NCBI GenBank assembly: GCA_041697335.1
Contig: JBGUGD010000023.1
Location: 32,001 to 96,000 of the forward strand
DNA: 64,000 bases
Direction of reading: 5' to 3'
Source: Vampirovibrionaceae bacterium NZW_1234
GTDB taxonomy: Bacteria > Cyanobacteriota > Vampirovibrionia > Vampirovibrionales > JAGQHJ01
In this document: in pieces, positions 58,894 to 64,000 of the stretch
How positions within the stretch are numbered: the first letter of the stretch is position 1
Layout of the letters: each line of letters begins with the position of its first letter
Translations under genes and position numbers: made by a program
Notes under the pieces: model-generated
The model's input: only the letters and a program-made list of their open reading frames with translations
Told to the model about the DNA's origin: nothing
The model's database searches: none

Positions 58894-59703
58894 CTATTCA
58901 ATGCCGAGACTGATGGTTTTTTCCCGGTCCGGGACCAGATCATAGTAATACCAGAATTTGTTCCAGTTGAAGCTGCGGGGATCGGTCCGGGTGCCTGAGC
59001 GGTCAACGTAGGCATGTGTGGTAATGCGCTCGGGTGCAATACCGGTTTTTACGGCCAGCCAAGCCAAGGCAACGTACTGCTCATCGGTATAGCCGGAGTG
59101 AGTCGTGCCACGGCCTCCCCCGTCGATGCATTTGGTGGAACCGGGGGCGCACCAGTAACCATCTGCCGGGGATTCCAGTTCGACCTGGTAGGCAAAATGA
59201 TTGACGGTCACATTCTTGTAGCCGCTGTGATTGGATTGGTCTTCAAACTCCGAATGACCTGCGGTCCAAGCCGTTTTATTGGCAGGAACCATTTCAACGA
59301 TGGTGCCATCGCGCAAAATAAGGGCGTGGAAGCTGGCTTTGTAATCCGGTTTGGTGACCTGTTTGAGCGTGGCTGTTCCGGGGCTGCAGGTTTCATGAAT
59401 CACAAAGACGGGTTTGTGTCCTGAGCGACGGGCTTCATACTTGGTTGCAGGGATCATCATGCTTTTCAAAACCGGTTTGGCCAGGAGTTCCTGGAGGTGT
59501 TCCACCCGGGACGTGGTGTGGGGCAGATCGATATTGAGGGCGGCATGACTGAGGGTCAACTGGGTGTCCTCGGGATGGGCGATGCTCAAGGATGTGGCCA
59601 AGGGCAAGACAACGAGACCCAGTATAACCGAGGTCGTCAGTTTTCGGGGGCGCACGATCCCCAATGGCGCAATAATACGTTCAAACAGTGTTGCGATCTG
59701 CAT
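58894..59703 (-). CDS. N-acetylmuramoyl-L-alanine amidase (Amidase_2/AmpD-like) with N-terminal hydrophobic segment
   Basis: VIHET, ASFHALI..DG, AWTAG, ITTH, RTDP. Confidence 0.85.
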   Translation of the reverse strand: MQIATLFERIIAPLGIVRPRKLTTSVILGLVVLPLATSLSIAHPEDTQLTLSHAALNIDLPHTTSRVEHLQELLAKPVLKSMMIPATKYEARRSGHKPVFVIHETCSPGTATLKQVTKPDYKASFHALILRDGTIVEMVPANKTAWTAGHSEFEDQSNHSGYKNVTVNHFAYQVELESPADGYWCAPGSTKCIDGGGRGTTHSGYTDEQYVALAWLAVKTGIAPERITTHAYVDRSGTRTDPRSFNWNKFWYYYDLVPDREKTISLGIE

Positions 59704-60085
59704 GAAAGCTCCCGGACTCTAATACTCCCTATGATTTCATCATACCTGATCTTTTACGAAATCCGTCGTATGGTGAATCAAAAGTTAAGAGTGTTATCGA
59801 CAAAGGAACACCTGACTTGAATCTGGGGGCTTTTTTAAAGCCTCTGGCAGCAAAGCGACAATGTGGGCAGGCCTGAAATGCTGGATAGCTCATCAGTATT
59901 GGGAAAATCACTATTGAAGTTTTAAGAAAACCTTGGCTCTCCAGTCGGCAGCTTCCTTAAGGTCGTAATAATTGTCTAATTCATTCTAAGGAGGGATTAA
60001 TGCTTTCTTAAGGCCTGTCAACAAAGCTACAATCGATGTTTTTATGCAAATGAAGAGGGTATTAATTAGATAGAGAGATGTTCGT

Positions 60086-60571
60086 ATGTTAGGTGCTATT
60101 GGCAGTGTGATTCGGACTGTCGTGTCGACTATTACGGGAGGAAGTTCCTCCTCATCGTCGTCATCACAGAACTCGTCATCGACTTCGTGGGTGTCTACAC
60201 CCCAGGTTCCGTTTTCATTTAATCTGAACCGCCCGAATGAGCAATCCAGGAATCAGGACAATCTGAATGGCGGGCAAAAAAAAGATGCGCCCATGGTTCA
60301 GGTGATTAAAGAACAGGAACAGCGCAAAGAAGAAGTAAAACAAAAGTTTCAGGCCAAAAAAGATCATATGATCCGTGACCTGTACTATCTGAAGATGCGT
60401 TTAGAGCAACCGGATCCGCGCGCTCAGGGGCGTGAAACCAACTTGCTCCGATATCAGACCAAAATGCGTGAAGCTGAATCGGCGCTAAAGACGATTAAAC
60501 TCTACATGCGTCCCGGTGAACTCCTGGATCCAACCAGTCGAATGATGGCCAACCAGCTTGGGCTGGCCTAA
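60086..60571 (+). CDS. Hypothetical protein (poly-Ser, coiled coil)
   Basis: 161-aa ORF, GAGAG upstream. Confidence 0.65.
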   Translation: MLGAIGSVIRTVVSTITGGSSSSSSSSQNSSSTSWVSTPQVPFSFNLNRPNEQSRNQDNLNGGQKKDAPMVQVIKEQEQRKEEVKQKFQAKKDHMIRDLYYLKMRLEQPDPRAQGRETNLLRYQTKMREAESALKTIKLYMRPGELLDPTSRMMANQLGLA

Positions 60572-60751
60572 AAATGGTATGTTAGTATTGCTATTGTAGT
60601 CGGTTTCCGTAATTCGTGATTCGGCTTGCCATTGGGCGACATGAGGGGGTATTAAATCCTTTAATTTGTCGGATAGGTATCTTAGAGCTGATGATCACAA
60701 TGGAATCCTGAAAGTCCATATCCTCTTTTTAATTACATCTGATTCGTTCTG

Positions 60752-62134
60752 TTACTCGAAACGCTCAGGTGGAAAGTCGGGCCAGGGATCTTGGTGATAA
60801 GTGCTGCGTTTCTGTTCGGGTATCTTCAAGCGCTCTTCCGCTGCTTGAACGGCCATTTGAAAGCCTTTCGTTGTCCAAAGTGCATGTATAATATTCCAGG
60901 ATATTTGGGGTTTGTTTTTAAGAAGCGGAATAGGCTTTGTCGCTTCTGCCCATTGCATGCGATATGCTTCGCACTCAGAGTAAAGCCGTGCAGAAAGAAC
61001 AACTCGAAGGTCTTCTAAGGGTAGACTATCGATGTAAGAGTGTTGGTACTCTTGAAAACTTTTATAGGTTTTTAGCTCCTCGTACGGAGTATTTAAGAAT
61101 GCTTTTAGATGAAGCCACTCTGAATAAGAGCTTAAGGCAAATCTTTCAGATTCTTTTGGCAAGGGTGGGAGATTATGAGACTCTCGATAGTCATTATAAA
61201 GTTTAGAACCTAAAGAATAGTTCTTTTTGTAATGTTCTCTTTTTATTGTGTTTTCAAATTTACTTTCAAGCTCTATATCAGTCATCGGAGATTGGGAAAT
61301 GATACGGAGCTTGTGATTAATCTCATGGACGAGAACACCGTAGGTTGCTGCAAATTCTCCTGGCGTTTGTAGTTTGTTAGGCAGGTATATGTGTATTTCA
61401 CCTAAATAATAGACGGGTCTCATTAGGTCATCTGAAGAATAGATCTTTTCCTTTTTGTCATAAACTGGATCCGACCAATCTACTTCATTGGTAAAGAAAC
61501 AATCGCCAAGCCGCTTTGATTCAAACCGAGTTTTATGCCAACCCTCTAGTGTAAACAAATAGAACCTTTTTGTAGGATTTTGGATGCGAAATCCCACAAA
61601 GCCTTGGGGGTGGATGTGTTTTTGGAAGGCCCGGTTAAAGATTTGTTCAGCTTCTGCTTGGGGAATTTCTTTGGGATTTTTTTTAATGAGGGCAAGCAAT
61701 TCCGGGAAAATTTCATCGGCGATGGCTTTGGTTTTTATGCGTCGTTTTTCGGGGGTCTCCAATCCCTTCGGTATTTTGAAGTCGCTGAGTTTGAGTAAGG
61801 GAAGGATACGGGGTTTGAAGTAAGGCGGTTGCTTTGCCCAGACTAATACCCGGTTGATGAGTTGTTTGAAAGCCCATATCGCATCAATAAATTTCTCTTT
61901 GATTTGTCCAAAAAAGCTCCAAACCGGTTGAAAAACACTTTTGCTCTGAAAAACCTTCTTCTCGGATGCAAATCGGGTAGAGGCGATGTGCTCCACGCGA
62001 CTGTTCTCAAAGCCATTGGCTTCGTTTAATGTGAGTCCAGCCTCAAAAACAGCTGAACGTGTTGAGGCTTGGCCTTGCAATAACCAAGAACAACCGTTTT
62101 TATGGTGCCAAAGACGATAAGGTTCAATCCGCAT
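60752..62134 (-). CDS. Hypothetical protein with TRFAS leader and HExxH zinc-protease motif
   Basis: VLVHEINH; downstream SECEAY; AT-rich. Confidence 0.7.
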   Translation of the reverse strand: MRIEPYRLWHHKNGCSWLLQGQASTRSAVFEAGLTLNEANGFENSRVEHIASTRFASEKKVFQSKSVFQPVWSFFGQIKEKFIDAIWAFKQLINRVLVWAKQPPYFKPRILPLLKLSDFKIPKGLETPEKRRIKTKAIADEIFPELLALIKKNPKEIPQAEAEQIFNRAFQKHIHPQGFVGFRIQNPTKRFYLFTLEGWHKTRFESKRLGDCFFTNEVDWSDPVYDKKEKIYSSDDLMRPVYYLGEIHIYLPNKLQTPGEFAATYGVLVHEINHKLRIISQSPMTDIELESKFENTIKREHYKKNYSLGSKLYNDYRESHNLPPLPKESERFALSSYSEWLHLKAFLNTPYEELKTYKSFQEYQHSYIDSLPLEDLRVVLSARLYSECEAYRMQWAEATKPIPLLKNKPQISWNIIHALWTTKGFQMAVQAAEERLKIPEQKRSTYHQDPWPDFPPERFE

Positions 62135-62289
62135 ATTTAAAACGACAAGATGGTGTTGAAATACGGATTAGTACCATAGCAAAAATATGGTTTTGCAACA
62201 TATTGTCTTCACTCCTCCAAAATCAAAACCCCTGAAGGGAATTTTGTGCCAATTTATGGCAGGGGAGGACGCAATAATTAATACCTGTG

Positions 62290-64000
62290 TTATTTGGAGG
62301 GCTCGGTCGTGGTGGGGGAGTCTGGGGTCAGGGTAATGGCGTAGCCCAGGCGCTCCTGAATGTTTTTACCGGCTGGCGAATTCATCACCTTGATGTCTTT
62401 CCAGGGACGATCGGAGTTGAGGACCACAATCGTGTTCTGAAGATCCAGCTTGGGCCAACCATTTGAGCTGAGCAGCGTGCCCAATGCCTTCAGGGGACCG
62501 TTTGCTCGGCTGGGAGGTGTCAGAGCATCCAATGCATGGACGTTGTCCACCAGAATCATGTTGCCCGCCAGCGAATAGATGTCGTCCTCCTGCTTGATCG
62601 CGGCCTTTAAGAGCTTGGCTTCAATGGCTTCATGGCTTTTCAGTTCGTGCAGGTCGAGAGTAATGAGTTTATTGGGTCCCTGAAGTGTTTCCGACAGTTT
62701 TTGGGCCAACTTTCTTCCCTCGCCTGCCGAGCCGACAATACCGAGCTGGGTGGTCACAATCTGGGGGCCAAGTGACTGGCCGGGTAAATAACTTTTCCAG
62801 GTTTCAATGGCATTGGCCAGTGTCTCAGCAATGGTGTATTGGCCTCCTGAGTCTGGATGGGTTTGGTCGCCATGGCCCTTGAAATCCTGGGCTACGCTGG
62901 CTGCAACCGTTTGGGGGTTGATTTCCCGATATTTGCCCAATTGCTTTCGTGTCTTCAGCATTTCTTTGGCCTGGTGAACCTGAAACGTGTCTTTGGAGAG
63001 GAGCCGTTTTTCCAGGGCCAGGTTAAGCGCCCAGCTTTCGCCAAAGGTTTCGGGTTGATCCGAATGGAGCTTCGCCCCCACCAGACCGGCCAAGACGAGT
63101 TGATCGTTCGGGCTGTTGATCGCTGTGGCCAACAGGTTTACATAGCGAGGAGGACGCAACGCCGGGAAGCGGATGAACCCAAGTACCCCTGCTGCTTTGA
63201 TGACGGGGCTTTCATGTTTTATGGACTCCCGCAGAGCTCTTTTGAGCGATTCTTCGATGCCCGGCGTCATTTTGGCCAGGGGATCTGCGGCGAGATTCTG
63301 AAGCGCAAAGAGGACCATGGCTTTTTGTGCATCCGGGATGGGTTTTTCAAGGGTCTTCATCAAGGCCTGGGTTTGTTTGGCGTAGTCGATGGTAATGCGT
63401 TTCTTGGGCGTGGTCAGTGTACGGGCATACAGTCGGGGAAAGTCCGGGATTTGGCAGAGTCTTTCCAGGAGGCTCTCTGCTTGCTCGCGATTTGCTGCGT
63501 TTTTTCCTTTCAGCGCCTTGTGCAACACAGGAATATAGGCTTCCAGTGCTTTCAGATCAACGGAGCTGTGCGGGGCAAGATCTTCAGGAGAAATTTTGCT
63601 GACTTTCAGAAGGTTTTCCAGGTTCGGCTCCGTAAAGGGCACAAGATCCGCCGTTTGACGGTTCAGGGTATGGAGTCTGCTCTGAATCTGTAATTCCCGG
63701 CGCAGGCGTTCGCGTTCATCTTCCGGCACCGCGTCCGCGTCTTTAGAAGGTTTGGCGTCCGGTGTACTTTTCCAAGGATTTGCAGGGCGCGTGCCTGTAA
63801 ATAAACCAATGAGCCATTTGAAAGGGTACAACAGGGTATTCACCAGAACAGCAAGGGTTTTTTTGAAATCAGCAGACCAGGTTCTCTGTTTCTCGGCTTG
63901 CTTTTTCTCTCCAGATTCTGAACAAAATCGAACGGAAATCCTGGAGAAGCTGGATGCAGGCAGGCTTTTTGCTGGCGAAGCAGCCACGGGGCGTTGAGAA
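62290..64000 (-). CDS. Hypothetical protein, probably 5'-truncated by the window, with VRFCS leader, helical repeats and a degenerate Clp-type AAA+ domain
   Basis: Frame open to the window edge; GIVGSAGEGRK, LITLDLHEL, ILVDNV, LDLQNTIVVLNSD. Confidence 0.7.
   Translation of the reverse strand, partial: SQRPVAASPAKSLPASSFSRISVRFCSESGEKKQAEKQRTWSADFKKTLAVLVNTLLYPFKWLIGLFTGTRPANPWKSTPDAKPSKDADAVPEDERERLRRELQIQSRLHTLNRQTADLVPFTEPNLENLLKVSKISPEDLAPHSSVDLKALEAYIPVLHKALKGKNAANREQAESLLERLCQIPDFPRLYARTLTTPKKRITIDYAKQTQALMKTLEKPIPDAQKAMVLFALQNLAADPLAKMTPGIEESLKRALRESIKHESPVIKAAGVLGFIRFPALRPPRYVNLLATAINSPNDQLVLAGLVGAKLHSDQPETFGESWALNLALEKRLLSKDTFQVHQAKEMLKTRKQLGKYREINPQTVAASVAQDFKGHGDQTHPDSGGQYTIAETLANAIETWKSYLPGQSLGPQIVTTQLGIVGSAGEGRKLAQKLSETLQGPNKLITLDLHELKSHEAIEAKLLKAAIKQEDDIYSLAGNMILVDNVHALDALTPPSRANGPLKALGTLLSSNGWPKLDLQNTIVVLNSDRPWKDIKVMNSPAGKNIQERLGYAITLTPDSPTTTEPSK

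Noticed and set aside
52350..62162. 15/16 match atttcaa[t/c]accatctt upstream of two RFAS genes (52350-52365 and 62147-62162)
   Set aside because: Opposite orientation relative to the genes, AT-rich, only two copies; compatible with chance

Overview
Chromosomal bacterial window with about 50 genes and 3 tRNAs; I found no integrase, transposase, prophage, rRNA or CRISPR array. Cyanobacteria-like housekeeping genes (stand-alone Lon N-domain protein, long PlsC-type acyltransferase, family-5 ABC binding protein) occur with flagellar genes (fliJ, fliK-like, flgG/E-like), two Flp pilins and lipid A genes (lpxI-lpxB). This suggests a non-photosynthetic cyanobacterial relative such as Vampirovibrionia/Melainabacteria (inference only). 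Most notable: (1) eight unrelated ORFs share an N-terminal leader ending in x-R-F-[G/A/S/C/Q]. Their cargoes are a caspase-like protease, an HExxH protease, a degenerate Clp-type AAA+, a Ppx/GppA-like enzyme, an acyltransferase, an aminotransferase and two orphans, which looks like a candidate effector/targeting system. (2) A non-coding array of about 100-bp units at 43051-43560 has conserved boxes, a covarying hairpin and variable spacers. (3) An 11-bp-phased CGCGTG array lies at 21062-21163. (4) A 44-bp hairpin direct repeat brackets one leader-bearing gene. (5) There is an atypical tRNA-Ser(UGA) and several low-complexity or tandem-repeat proteins. All functional calls come from motif recognition by eye; no database searches were run.
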